A DNA stretch of 64,000 nt, taken from assembly GCA_965248435.1 (NCBI GenBank), contig OZ252100.1, positions 960,001 through 1,024,000 on the forward strand. Reading direction: 5' to 3'. The notes below the pieces were generated by a model, which searched no databases, was not told the origin of the DNA, and worked only from the letters and a program-made list of their open reading frames with translations. Position 1 is the stretch's first letter, and each line of letters opens with the position of its first letter. A program made the translations under genes and the position numbers. The stretch is from Candidatus Latescibacterota bacterium (GTDB taxonomy: Bacteria; Latescibacterota; UBA2968; GCA-2709665). This document shows positions 28,734 through 38,605 of the stretch, piece by piece.

Positions 28734-29621
28734 CTACTCCCCTGAGTCAACCTTATCGAGGTCAGGTAAAAGATTTACAACTTCCTTTATGAAGTGCGCG
28801 TGAATTACCACTGCCAAACCAAGCGGGTACTTCTGCTCCAGTTTGGAAAATGGGCCCCTAGCTCCGTATGTCAGGGACTTCTCCTGAGTAACCATGCCAA
28901 TTACATATTGTTGAGCTTCGGTTGCTTTAATGGTATCTCTCATAGCACGACCAATTTCATAGAGATATACGGGACCACCACTGTTGCCCTGAAACACTTC
29001 AAAGTCAAACAAGAACGTCTTGACGCTGTCAGCAGGTACCAGTGGATATGAGGCGATTTTCCCACTACGAAGAATAGGGAAGCCAGCCGCGCTCGCTTCT
29101 GCTCCAAATGGATATCCTAGACAAAACAGCTCATCACCAGGATGAATGTCAAGATGCACCAAGTCCCTATTGTTGGCTAAACGGTTTGTAGTAAGGAGCG
29201 GCACCTCAGTTTCAGGGGGAAGTATCAAATACATCGCGGCAATATCAATTTCGGGATCAGGATGCTGAGTCCAAAGAGGCTTCCCATCTTTCCGAATTGT
29301 GAGGAGAATTACTTTTCTTGAGAATGAATTAGGGCCGTGCTTCTCTCTCACATGAAGATTGGCGGTGTTCTCTGAAATGCCTTGCATGACATGCGCAGCA
29401 GTAATCAAGACATAATAGGCGGTTCCGGGAAATCTGTTGCTTGGACGACCCAGTACAAAGGCAGTGCCAACGGAGTTTCCTCCCTCTATCTTGAAAGTGG
29501 ACTCCATCATCACTGTATTGAAATCCAAAGAATAGCACACGGACCCCATGCCAAAAATCAAGACTGCCAAAAAACTCAAACCTAACGTCAAGCGATCGCG
29601 TCTTTGGTCAGAACAAAACAC
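28734..29621 (-). CDS. Secreted trypsin-like serine protease
   Basis: Signal-like N-terminus; TAAHV, DIAA and GNSGGP triad. Confidence 0.9.
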   Translation of the reverse strand: MFCSDQRRDRLTLGLSFLAVLIFGMGSVCYSLDFNTVMMESTFKIEGGNSVGTAFVLGRPSNRFPGTAYYVLITAAHVMQGISENTANLHVREKHGPNSFSRKVILLTIRKDGKPLWTQHPDPEIDIAAMYLILPPETEVPLLTTNRLANNRDLVHLDIHPGDELFCLGYPFGAEASAAGFPILRSGKIASYPLVPADSVKTFLFDFEVFQGNSGGPVYLYEIGRAMRDTIKATEAQQYVIGMVTQEKSLTYGARGPFSKLEQKYPLGLAVVIHAHFIKEVVNLLPDLDKVDSGE

Positions 29622-29687
29622 TACAGAGCCTCAATATTGAGAGATCTCGTTCGAGTGGGGTTTCTTAGGGGCTCAGGCTGGCATGGC

Positions 29688-29749
29688 GCACAACGTTCTC
29701 GCGGGCTGCGAACCCCGAAGGGGTTGAGCGAAAGGCCGGATGGCCTGAG
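29688..29749 (-). repeat. attC half-site (R'' end missing)
   Basis: GCACAACGTTCTCGCGGGCTGCG...GGCCTGAG, then an abrupt end. Confidence 0.75.
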
Positions 29750-29781
29750 TCAATTCACCTCTATTTTGTTTTCGACGCCGT

Positions 29782-30270
29782 CTACTCCTCTCCAGTGAAA
29801 TACTCCACACCTTCGAGAGGCTGCCAGAATCTCCAGCCTTCGGGCATCGGTCCCCACAGCTTCTTTGAATCCGGCGCCAACTTGCCACTGTCGGGGTAGT
29901 AACAGGAATCCTGGGGTGGGTCGTTGGAAATCACCAGGTAAGCGAAGTCCGCATCGGAATCGTTGATGATCTGATGGGCGAGCCCCGGTCGGCAAAGGTA
30001 ACTGTCTCCCGCCTGGAAGTCGACGGTCTCCTCGTCCGTTCGCATGGTGGCCGTGCCGGACACGGCGTAGTACAATTCCCATAGAGACCCGTGCGTGTGG
30101 AAGGGGAAGTTTTTCTTCCCAGGTTTTAGAATCACGTGCTCGAGATCGAAGGGGCAGCCGGTATCTTCACAGCGGATGAGTTCGCGGTAAGTGATGCCGA
30201 AGCGACCCTTCGGGGATTCGAAGTCACCCGCCTCGATATCTGCGTGCCGTACTCTCATGTGTGCCTCCAT
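29782..30270 (-). CDS. Cupin domain protein
   Basis: FHTH...ELYY...G...GLAHQIIN...YYPDSGK. Confidence 0.9.
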   Translation of the reverse strand: MEAHMRVRHADIEAGDFESPKGRFGITYRELIRCEDTGCPFDLEHVILKPGKKNFPFHTHGSLWELYYAVSGTATMRTDEETVDFQAGDSYLCRPGLAHQIINDSDADFAYLVISNDPPQDSCYYPDSGKLAPDSKKLWGPMPEGWRFWQPLEGVEYFTGEE

Positions 30271-30294
30271 AAAGGATATTACATAATCTATAAA

Positions 30295-31080
30295 TCATCC
30301 GCGCTTACGGCAGACCGAGATGATGCTTGGGCTATCAGCAGTCAGCGATTCCAGATTCCAATCGCCATACTGCCGTACGATGCTGAAGCCATTGTAGTAT
30401 AGCAGTGCTGCAAGCTCCTGCGGGAAGGTGTAGCGCAGCGCGATACGCGTGACCTTGGTGTGATCCTCCTCGCCCTCGTGCCAGCGTTTGAAGGTCGTCC
30501 AGTGGTGGATCTGAGCCATATGGTCATATACGTATGTTCTTGACACACGCACTTCGCGCCCGCTCGTATTGAAAGAAGAAGGCCAATCTTGCTCTTCCTC
30601 GTTCGTCTCAAAGGGCACAAACAGCCCTTCTGGGGTCTGGGAGATAGTGAAAAGTGGGTTGCGCGTTTCAAAGGCAAACAATCCTTCGTCGTGTAAATGT
30701 GCATGGACACGTTGCAGAAGCGCTTCTTGATCGGCGTTTGTTAGAAAAGCCTGGAAGGCGTTACCAGTCAAGAAGATGAGTCGAAATTGTTCGCCAAGAT
30801 CAAATGTGCGTGCGTCACCCACAATCCAGCGCATATGGAGGTCAGCAGATTTGCCACGTGCCTGCTCAATCATTCCAGGGACAATATCCAAGCCAGTTAC
30901 AGAAAAGCCCAAGCGGCCAATCGGGATGCTGACACGACCCGTACCACAGGCAATTTCGAATACCGAACCGCCAGTTTCTTGTGCCAGGGCAGCGTAGAAG
31001 GCAATGCCGGTATCGCTAGTATCCTCCATGTCATAGTTGGCTGGGTCGGAAAACTCCTCAAGATTGTCGTGATCAATCAA
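30295..31080 (-). CDS. Class I SAM-dependent methyltransferase
   Basis: EIACGTGR and GDARTFDL motifs. Confidence 0.92.
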   Translation of the reverse strand: MIDHDNLEEFSDPANYDMEDTSDTGIAFYAALAQETGGSVFEIACGTGRVSIPIGRLGFSVTGLDIVPGMIEQARGKSADLHMRWIVGDARTFDLGEQFRLIFLTGNAFQAFLTNADQEALLQRVHAHLHDEGLFAFETRNPLFTISQTPEGLFVPFETNEEEQDWPSSFNTSGREVRVSRTYVYDHMAQIHHWTTFKRWHEGEEDHTKVTRIALRYTFPQELAALLYYNGFSIVRQYGDWNLESLTADSPSIISVCRKRG

Positions 31081-31203
31081 TTCGCTAACTCCTAAATCTT
31101 TCAGGGGTAGAAAACCCTAGGTAGGCGCGCTCATTTCTCGGCCTGATCGACCGAAGGGAGGTATGGGTGGACCCGGGGACTGAGCGGGGTCGCGCCTTTG
31201 AAG

Positions 31204-32628
31204 TTATAGGCCGTGCCTGTGTAACGGAGTCCACAGCCCGTCATTCAAGAGTTGGCGCATGAAGTGTGGAACCCAACTCTGCACCTGGTTGATTGTCCAC
31301 GCGGCATAGGAATAATCCAAGACCTGACCACCATCTAGCTTCTCTTGAACCCTTCTGCATTGCTCTGTGAAGTGAAGTGCCTCCTGGAGCAGCTTTACGG
31401 GAGCAACTAGCTGGAGAAGGTCCCTTAGTTCCGGCAACGGTGCGTAAGCAATCCACTCTCCAAGATACGCGGCTCGGAGGATATCCTTCACTTCTGTATC
31501 CTTGGGGAAATCCTCATCAATGGAAAGGAAGGTCACCAAACCTGAAAATGGATGTGCAATGCAAGCCTCGGCCCAATCCGAAATCAGAACGCCGTCTGGT
31601 GTCATCCAGAAATTGTCACCATTCGCGTCGGAGTGCTCAAAGGTACAAGGCACCCCGTAAGCCTCTATCTTCCTGCATAGGGCCCACATGCGTGGTATCA
31701 ATCTTCGTAGGTTACTCAATTCGTTTTCATTAAGGGGAGTAGCATAGCTGCTCAACATGGTCGGCAATTGGTCAATCGCCCTCTCGAAATCCGGAACCAT
31801 CACCATTGGACTGCGGTCGTCGCATGCAGTGCAATCTGGGAGGAAGCTCACCATGCTCTGCTGCAACCGAGCATAATCTCTCAGAGCGTTCGCCCACGGA
31901 TCTATGTCAACAATAGAGTTTAGCTTTCTCCCTTCAATTTCTCGTATCAGTAACCAGTTTTCATCGTGGTTCACGGCGACCACCTCTGGAATCCGGCGAG
32001 GAAACCGCCTTGCAAGAATTTCAGTAAGGGAAACTTCCGAACTCAGTTCCCTCGGACATGCTTTGAAGTAGTACCCCCGTTTTTCTCCCGTCTTAATCTT
32101 AAGAACAGCACTACGCTGCCAAAAACGCACCTGCTCAATCGAACTCACCGGCGTGGTGGAGCAGCCTGTGCGCTCCGAGACCCACTTGAGAACACGGGAA
32201 AGCCATCCTGGTTGACACCACGGTTCGACTGGCGAAAATGACTTGCCGGCGCGCGCCTCCTCGAACCAGGTGGCTAAGACTGACTGTAGAATAAGAGGAT
32301 AGACTTCAAGCCCTGAGAGCTGACTTTCATCTATCCACTGCCCGCTTCCTGGAGGAACGAAATTGCTGTCGTGATTCTCAAGGTTGTAAATCCGGATGTT
32401 CTTTCCAATCACCGGCTCCTTCCAGTGAAAGGCGAATAGTATCGTTATTTGAGCCTCATATTCTCGCGAAAACGCACTACCGAAATAGCTGGGGTCCGTC
32501 ATGGCATCCACACCATCCGGGGCTTGCCAGGTAAATGAGGGTAGCGTCCATCTGGCGTCCGCAGAGGGAACCATCCAGACCTTCGGTGGATTGGGACAAG
32601 ACAAGATGTACAGAGCGCTACATTCCAC
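31204..32628 (-). CDS. APH-family phosphotransferase with N-terminal extension
   Basis: YFKA, EHSDANGDN and SDWAEA..AHPF motifs. Confidence 0.82.
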   Translation of the reverse strand: MECSALYILSCPNPPKVWMVPSADARWTLPSFTWQAPDGVDAMTDPSYFGSAFSREYEAQITILFAFHWKEPVIGKNIRIYNLENHDSNFVPPGSGQWIDESQLSGLEVYPLILQSVLATWFEEARAGKSFSPVEPWCQPGWLSRVLKWVSERTGCSTTPVSSIEQVRFWQRSAVLKIKTGEKRGYYFKACPRELSSEVSLTEILARRFPRRIPEVVAVNHDENWLLIREIEGRKLNSIVDIDPWANALRDYARLQQSMVSFLPDCTACDDRSPMVMVPDFERAIDQLPTMLSSYATPLNENELSNLRRLIPRMWALCRKIEAYGVPCTFEHSDANGDNFWMTPDGVLISDWAEACIAHPFSGLVTFLSIDEDFPKDTEVKDILRAAYLGEWIAYAPLPELRDLLQLVAPVKLLQEALHFTEQCRRVQEKLDGGQVLDYSYAAWTINQVQSWVPHFMRQLLNDGLWTPLHRHGL

Positions 32629-32667
32629 GTTGGTATCGCCTCATCTCGGGTTCTTCCAATGCATTTC

Positions 32668-32737
32668 CTATAACGTTCTCGCGGGCTGCGAACCTGCCGA
32701 GCTGGCACGGCGGAGGCCGAAAGCCCGTGCAACCCAG
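32668..32737 (-). repeat. Last attC half-site of the array (R'' end missing)
   Basis: CTATAACGTTCTCGCGGGCTGCGAACCTGCC...GGCCGAAAGCCC running directly into the pip stop codon. Confidence 0.75.
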
Positions 32738-32738
32738 G

Positions 32739-33701
32739 CTAGAAGCGCGTGGCAAACCGATCGGTAGCGGAGACTAAGGCTTCAATCATTCCAGGATCTC
32801 CGGAAGAGTGGCCAGCTCCACCTACGATTACAAGCTCAGCATCTGGCCAAGCCTGATCTAGTTCCCAAGCTGTAGCGAGGGGTCCCTGCAGATCAAGACG
32901 TCCGTGCACCATGATGCCAGGTATACCCGCTAAAGCCCCAGCTTCTCGCAATAAGATTCCATCTTCCAACCAAGCATGGTGAGTGAAGTAATGAGTCACA
33001 ATACGGGCAAATGCCAATTGGAATTTGGGCTCTAATCGTCGCGGTCCGGGCTGGGCCTTTGAATCAACCGAAAGAAGCGAGTTCTCCCACTCACACCAAT
33101 CCCTTGCTGCCTTCATATGAATGGCAGGATCAGGATCTTGTAAAAGGCGACAGTAGGCTTCCACAAGGTTGCCCTCTCTATCGGCCTCGGGAACCCCCAG
33201 ACGGAAACGCTGCCAGCGGTCCGGAAAGAAGAGAGCAACACCATGGTAAAGCCAATCGATCTCTGACCTTCTTGTCGTAGTTACGGCTGTTAGGATGAGT
33301 TCAGTCACTCGATCTGGATTTCTCTCAGCGTAAGCAAGGGCCAACGTCGAGCCCCAAGATCCACCAAATACAAGCCACTTCTCTATACTAAGTTCCTTCC
33401 GAAGATGCTCAATATCTCCAAGGAGGTGATTGGTGGTGTTGACTGAAAGGTCTACAAGCGGGTCACTCGCGTGTGGCGTACTGCGACCACAGCCTCGCTG
33501 GTCGAACAGGATAATCCGGTATGCACGGGGATCAAAGAAACGGCGCATACCGGTCGAACATCCAGAACCTGGACCACCGTGGAGAACGATAGCTGGTTTG
33601 CCGCCTGGGTTGCCACAAACCTCCCAGTACGAGCAGTTGCCGTCGCCGACATCTAACATGCCACAATCGTATGGTTCAATCTCTGGATATAGTAGTTCCA
33701 T
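32739..33701 (-). CDS. pip: Prolyl aminopeptidase (proline iminopeptidase)
   Basis: LYPEIEPY..G.LDVGDG, HGGPG, FDQRGCGRSTPHA, FGGSWGSTLALAYA and AGHS motifs. Confidence 0.92.
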   Translation of the reverse strand: MELLYPEIEPYDCGMLDVGDGNCSYWEVCGNPGGKPAIVLHGGPGSGCSTGMRRFFDPRAYRIILFDQRGCGRSTPHASDPLVDLSVNTTNHLLGDIEHLRKELSIEKWLVFGGSWGSTLALAYAERNPDRVTELILTAVTTTRRSEIDWLYHGVALFFPDRWQRFRLGVPEADREGNLVEAYCRLLQDPDPAIHMKAARDWCEWENSLLSVDSKAQPGPRRLEPKFQLAFARIVTHYFTHHAWLEDGILLREAGALAGIPGIMVHGRLDLQGPLATAWELDQAWPDAELVIVGGAGHSSGDPGMIEALVSATDRFATRF

Positions 33702-33703
33702 CT

Positions 33704-34504
33704 TTACTTAACACAGATAAGCATCTTGTAATGAAAAATGAATTTCCAGGAAGTCGTTCCCAATACATCCCGAGCAGTCTCTTCTAGGTCTGGAATTCCA
33801 ATATCCTCTTCTGAAATCCCATTAGAAAGTGCCCGAGAAATTCCGCCAAATGTTCGCACCAAGCCCAAGAATGAATCTGCAGTGCCATCCTCTTCCTGAT
33901 GGAAGAATGCCTCCTTCACATATCTGTACCACCCGGCCTCTTCGATAACTGGCAACTGTTCCCGATAGGGCCATAAGCGGAAACCGGGCAATAGCTCTCG
34001 CTCACGAATCAATCGTTGTGCTGAACGAGCAACATTCTGATACGCTAATTCTACTTCAATGGGCATCGTCGGAGGCAAATCGTACCCGTATGCCAGTAGA
34101 ATCCCGCCAGGCTTCAGGATACGGACGATCTCAGGATGAGCCTTTTCAGGTGTCATCCAATGGAGCGATTGGCCACACGCGACCACATCAACACTTTCGT
34201 CTTCAAGGCCTGTCTCTTCTCCACTTCCTTCGCGGATCTGAACATCGGAGGACCCCTGCCCCCGCAAAGCGATCTCGCGCATTTCCGAATTGGGCTCTAT
34301 ACCGATAATCGATCGCGCCCTCCCGATCCAGACACCCGTCGACAGCCCGGTACCACATCCAAGGTCAACCACCGTCTGTATCTGTGTTTGCCCTAGAAGC
34401 CGGTCCGCAATCTCGGTAACTATCGCAGGAGCTTCTTGGCGATATTTGTGGTATGCCTCAACATCGTGGGCAAATCCAGGGCGTATCGATGAGCTCACTT
34501 TCAT
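33704..34504 (-). CDS. Class I SAM-dependent methyltransferase
   Basis: VDLGCGTG and QSLHW motifs. Confidence 0.92.
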   Translation of the reverse strand: MKVSSSIRPGFAHDVEAYHKYRQEAPAIVTEIADRLLGQTQIQTVVDLGCGTGLSTGVWIGRARSIIGIEPNSEMREIALRGQGSSDVQIREGSGEETGLEDESVDVVACGQSLHWMTPEKAHPEIVRILKPGGILLAYGYDLPPTMPIEVELAYQNVARSAQRLIRERELLPGFRLWPYREQLPVIEEAGWYRYVKEAFFHQEEDGTADSFLGLVRTFGGISRALSNGISEEDIGIPDLEETARDVLGTTSWKFIFHYKMLICVK

Positions 34505-34507
34505 TCC

Positions 34508-34960
34508 TCAGTCGAGTTGACGATAGGCTATAATCTCATCCCATCCATCGAACTCCATCTTCGCCTCAACTTTGAAACCTTGCTTCTCATAGAACTCTCG
34601 AGCATTTCCGTCCTCTGCAAGAAAGCCGACGCACAGTCTCTTCGCCGTCGGGAGACGCTCCTTTAATAGTTCGATGGCCAATTGCAGTGCTTCGCGAGCG
34701 TATCCCCTTCTCTGATGCGCCCGATCAATCATGAAACCCCAGAGATCCGGCTCCTCTCGATTCTGCTCCCACACTTTGACAAACCCAACCGGCTTATCAT
34801 CTGCGTAGATCACTTTGAACCAGGCGTCGTCCTCGTAGGTCCCGCGAGCGATCATGTGAGCAACCGTTGGCACAAAGCGCTCCTGCTCCGGTGAGACATG
34901 GAGATTCAGTACTTTCTGGATGTTCTTTTGTGTGACATCTCTGAGACTAATCGTGGGCAT
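34508..34960 (-). CDS. GNAT acetyltransferase (spermidine acetyltransferase-like)
   Basis: L.VSPEQ..FV, MID...QRRGY and FYEKQGF motifs. Confidence 0.88.
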   Translation of the reverse strand: MPTISLRDVTQKNIQKVLNLHVSPEQERFVPTVAHMIARGTYEDDAWFKVIYADDKPVGFVKVWEQNREEPDLWGFMIDRAHQRRGYAREALQLAIELLKERLPTAKRLCVGFLAEDGNAREFYEKQGFKVEAKMEFDGWDEIIAYRQLD

Positions 34961-34989
34961 TAGGAGATACCGTTCAATCGAATGATCTC

Positions 34990-35412
34990 CTACAGTGGAG
35001 TAGCATTATCGGCTTCCGTAAGACTGACAATCTCGAATCTCGTATTCTCCGGGCCTCGAAAGAATACCGCATAGTAATCACCGCTATATTCAGGGCACTC
35101 TTCCGGACCATCTGTGATTTCGATGTTGCGGTCCCTAGCCCAGACTGCAAATCTTTCTACTTCGTCGCGGCTCCGGGCGGTGAAGGCAATGTGTTGCAGA
35201 GCACCTGGGGGTGAGCCTGATTCGGCCTTTCTCAAATAGATACGCGAACCTCTACCCTTCCAACCTGCAATGGCTTCGTGTGTTCTCTCTTTGGTCATAC
35301 ACAGGAATTCAACCAACAGATCGTCAAAGAATTGCTCGGCCTTTTCTGGCTCCTGGAGCCCCAAACCTATGTGGTGAATTACTGAATTGATCATTTGATT
35401 CCCTCTTGTCAC
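34990..35412 (-). CDS. VOC/glyoxalase family protein
   Basis: HHIGL, QHIAF and YYAVFF.GP.N..FE motifs. Confidence 0.88.
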   Translation of the reverse strand: MTRGNQMINSVIHHIGLGLQEPEKAEQFFDDLLVEFLCMTKERTHEAIAGWKGRGSRIYLRKAESGSPPGALQHIAFTARSRDEVERFAVWARDRNIEITDGPEECPEYSGDYYAVFFRGPENTRFEIVSLTEADNATPL

Positions 35413-36101
35413 CCGGTCTCGGGATGCACATTAGTGCCTTCGGAGAGTCCTTCAGCATGAAGGTGAGCGGAGTCATTCAATCTCTCAATAGCGCGTTCAC
35501 TCCACTCATTGACCCTCAGCACAGTAATGCTTGCCGGCGATGCCTCGAAATAGATCTTGAAGAGTGCAGAGGGACTTGAAAGTAACTCCAGGTCAAAGCC
35601 AAGCCACCACCAGAGAATCGCTTGGATGGTCCCACCGTGTGTAATCAAGAGCAGAGGGTTTTCCTGGTCCTTAGTGAGAAAGGCAATGCAATCGGCAACC
35701 CTTGAGTGAAATTCTCGCCACGTTTCTGCCTGGGGATATTGTTCCCAATCAAGAAGTGGGTGTGTTCGCTCCAAAGCGTATGCTTTCGCCTCCTCCACCG
35801 ATTTCCCTGCAGCAACCCCATTATTCCATTCCCTCAATTTGGGTTCCTGATGAAGCTCAAGTCCGAGCCCGTTGCCGACTATCTGTGCAGTCTGGAATGC
35901 CCGTTTCAGGTCACTGCAATAGATCTGGAAAGGTATGTCGCCTAATTCCTCCTTAAGCCTTGATGCTAGAGCTACAGCCTGACGTTGACCCAATTCGGTT
36001 AGATCAGTATCGGTCCAGCCGCTTGTTAGCCCTTCTACTTGATATTTCGATTGCCCATGTCGAATCAGCACAATGGACTTCATAGGCCTGTTCTCTTGCA
36101 C
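35409..36101 (-). CDS. Histidine phosphatase family protein
   Basis: LIRHGQS, SDLKRA.QTA and THGG motifs. Confidence 0.92.
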   Translation of the reverse strand: MQENRPMKSIVLIRHGQSKYQVEGLTSGWTDTDLTELGQRQAVALASRLKEELGDIPFQIYCSDLKRAFQTAQIVGNGLGLELHQEPKLREWNNGVAAGKSVEEAKAYALERTHPLLDWEQYPQAETWREFHSRVADCIAFLTKDQENPLLLITHGGTIQAILWWWLGFDLELLSSPSALFKIYFEASPASITVLRVNEWSERAIERLNDSAHLHAEGLSEGTNVHPETG

Positions 36102-36170
36102 ATCAATTCGACTACCCGCGTAGTCGTGAACGATGTTGGTAACCTAGACTAGCCGCGATAAATTCTTGGA

Positions 36171-37121
36171 TCACGGATCTTCAAATAAAACACTGATGCT
36201 CTCCCGATTATGAATTCGGCTGATTGCCTCACCCAGCAACGGGGCAACTGAAGTGATTTCAATCTTGCTCCCCAAGGGTTCCGGATGGGATTCAACACTA
36301 TCGGTGACCAGCAGGTTGACAATCGGACTCCGCTGAATTCGCTCCATTGCTCCCCTTGAAAAAACGCCGTGAGACACCACAGCATATACTGCCAACGCTC
36401 CTCGATCCATGAGCTTTTCCGCCACATCGCATAACGTGCCACTTGAGATCGTGAAATCATCCACAACAAGCGCTGTTCTTCCAGACACATCGCCTATGAT
36501 CTCCAAAACTTCAGCCTGCTCATCGTGGCTGACCCGTTCTTTGTCAGCGATAACCAGCGAGCAGCGTAAGGCAGTTGCATATTGGCGGGCCTTCTTCGCA
36601 AATCCTGCGTCCGGGGACACGACAACCAGGTTATCCAGGCCCTTCGTCCGAATCGCCTGACACAATACAGGTAACGCGTATAAATCGTCCACCGGTACGC
36701 GAAAGAAACCCTGTATCTGCGGCGCATGAAGGTCTATGGTAACGACTCTGTCCGCGCCAGCTGCTTCCATAGCATCGGCGCATACTCGTGCCCTTATGGA
36801 TACGCGTGGTTCATCCTTCTTGTCACCCTTCGCATAGCTGAAATAGGGGACAATGGCTGTAACCGACGCAGCGCTGGCGCGTTTGAAGGCATCTAGCCAG
36901 AACAGCAGCTCCATAAAATTATCGTTGGCAGGGAACGCTGTTGATTGCACCACGTAGACATGCCGTCCTCGGACATTCTCTTGCACTCGGACAAACAAGT
37001 TCCCTTCTGAAAACCGAATCATTTCGCTACGGCCCCTTGAAACCCCGAGGCAGTCACAAATCTTGTCTGTCAAGTGGAGGCTCGCACTGCCGCCAAAGAT
37101 CATCATATCCTGTATGCTCAT
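36171..37121 (-). CDS. prs: Ribose-phosphate pyrophosphokinase
   Basis: FSEG...ENVRG, PYFSYA..DKK, DLHAPQIQGFF, VVSPDAG and VVDD...SGT motifs. Confidence 0.95.
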   Translation of the reverse strand: MSIQDMMIFGGSASLHLTDKICDCLGVSRGRSEMIRFSEGNLFVRVQENVRGRHVYVVQSTAFPANDNFMELLFWLDAFKRASAASVTAIVPYFSYAKGDKKDEPRVSIRARVCADAMEAAGADRVVTIDLHAPQIQGFFRVPVDDLYALPVLCQAIRTKGLDNLVVVSPDAGFAKKARQYATALRCSLVIADKERVSHDEQAEVLEIIGDVSGRTALVVDDFTISSGTLCDVAEKLMDRGALAVYAVVSHGVFSRGAMERIQRSPIVNLLVTDSVESHPEPLGSKIEITSVAPLLGEAISRIHNRESISVLFEDP

Positions 37122-37166
37122 AGCGAGACTCCCGGATTTTGTCTTGGCCCAGCCCACGATGTATCG

Positions 37167-37754
37167 TTATGACTCGGATGGTTCGCAGATTAGTCGTTTA
37201 AGACCATCGCCCTCATTGGGGCCTAAATCTTTTTCAAGTTCTCGGGCATATCGCAATTCGTGAAGATCGAATCCCTTTCTCTCTTCAACCTTGGTTGCCC
37301 CGTCGACCACAAATCCCATCTTCTCATAGAAAGCCCTGGCCCTCTCGTTCTCCTTGAGTACCCAAATCCTCACATCCTTGTACCCTTCCATCTCAAGTTC
37401 TTTCAACGCCCGGGTCATCAGCATCCAGCCCAGCCCGCGGTCCCAATAATCCTCCAGGAGGTAGATACCGTGAATTTCCCCTGTCGAACCATCGGAGAAT
37501 TCCTCGTCACGGGCCAACCCCTCCCCGGCAAACCCGATGATCTGTCCTTCTTCTTCAAGAATCAGGGTTCGCCACGACGTTTCTTGAAGGTTTTTAGTCC
37601 ACATCTTTACGTGCTTCGCCACCGATAGACCACTTAAAAAGCCGTCCGGAATGAGACCCTTGTAGGTAGACCGCCAAGATCTGACATGTACCTCTGCAAT
37701 GGCCTTGACATCAGCAGGTGTAGCCCATCGTAAAGTAGGTGAAGATTTCCCCAT
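37167..37754 (-). CDS. GNAT acetyltransferase
   Basis: VHVRSWR.TY.G and WVL..NERARAFYEKMGF motifs. Confidence 0.92.
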   Translation of the reverse strand: MGKSSPTLRWATPADVKAIAEVHVRSWRSTYKGLIPDGFLSGLSVAKHVKMWTKNLQETSWRTLILEEEGQIIGFAGEGLARDEEFSDGSTGEIHGIYLLEDYWDRGLGWMLMTRALKELEMEGYKDVRIWVLKENERARAFYEKMGFVVDGATKVEERKGFDLHELRYARELEKDLGPNEGDGLKRLICEPSES

Positions 37755-37765
37755 TCGCCTTCATC

Positions 37766-38605
37766 TCAATCAGAATCTTCGCAGTGAAGCCATCTCAAGC
37801 CTCCAGGCCACCCTTTTTCTGACATTTCGAGAATCGACCTGCAATACCCGTTGATTCGACTCACTGCATAATCATACTGCTTACAGTCCCAAAAGAAATA
37901 GTTCGATATGGCTGCTCCGTTAAATTGTTCTCTCCTGGTATACGCTGGCAAACTGCCATCTTCCCTACGGTGCACTTCAATCAAATCAGGCTGGTTCATC
38001 AACTCCCACGTTGAAGCCCCTCTTCCGTCAACGTGGTGATAAATCGTCGCAGTTGAGGAATCTACTGCTCCCCAGATTCCATCTCGAAAGATTTCGATGA
38101 TCTGATGACCACTGTATGCTTGCTGCGTGTTGTATAACATGACTAATCGAGTTGGTAGGCCAGCAACCTGGCACATCACGCAAGCGACTCTTGCAACATC
38201 CGTGCACCAGTCGGAACCTCGGATGGTTATCTCCTCCTCCAACCCTCCAAATCGCATCTCATCCAGGCTTTCATCCTCAACTTCCTTGCCCAGTCCAGAA
38301 GTAAACTTCACAATCTTCTCGATCTTTTCCTCTGCCGTCTGACAGCCTGCGACGACTTCATCCGTTCGGCTTTCTAGCTCCGGCCGTTCCCCCTTTTCAT
38401 ACGATATGGATGTAGGTGAGTACTCTTCATACAGATAGGGGTCGATCTCCTGGCACAACCTGATCATTCTCTGTGTCAACACACGATCCACAGATCCAGG
38501 CGCGTGAGTATCATTCTTCATCATGACCTGGTAGGCACAGCCGAATTGTCCAATGCCCTGATACTTTGAGATATCTATTCCCATTGCAACTTCACGTCTC
38601 AGCAC
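37766..38605 (-). CDS. Transglutaminase-like domain protein
   Basis: WCTDVAR...GLPTR...GH...E...W..VD (Cys-His-Asp). Confidence 0.82.
   Translation of the reverse strand: MLRREVAMGIDISKYQGIGQFGCAYQVMMKNDTHAPGSVDRVLTQRMIRLCQEIDPYLYEEYSPTSISYEKGERPELESRTDEVVAGCQTAEEKIEKIVKFTSGLGKEVEDESLDEMRFGGLEEEITIRGSDWCTDVARVACVMCQVAGLPTRLVMLYNTQQAYSGHQIIEIFRDGIWGAVDSSTATIYHHVDGRGASTWELMNQPDLIEVHRREDGSLPAYTRREQFNGAAISNYFFWDCKQYDYAVSRINGYCRSILEMSEKGWPGGLRWLHCEDSD

Larger units (their letters stand above)
214..32737 (-). mobile_element. Integron-type gene cassette array (attC cluster lacking a visible integron integrase; CALIN-like), continues off the left edge
   Basis: More than 20 intergenic imperfect palindromes or half-sites with RYYYAAC-like and GTTRRRY-like ends between co-oriented, unrelated single genes; no intI ORF in the window. 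Confidence 0.88.

Noticed and set aside
214-32737. CRISPR array interpretation of the recurring repeats
   Set aside because: Repeats are variable 20-90-bp palindromes separated by whole genes, not constant repeats with ~35-bp spacers; no cas genes.
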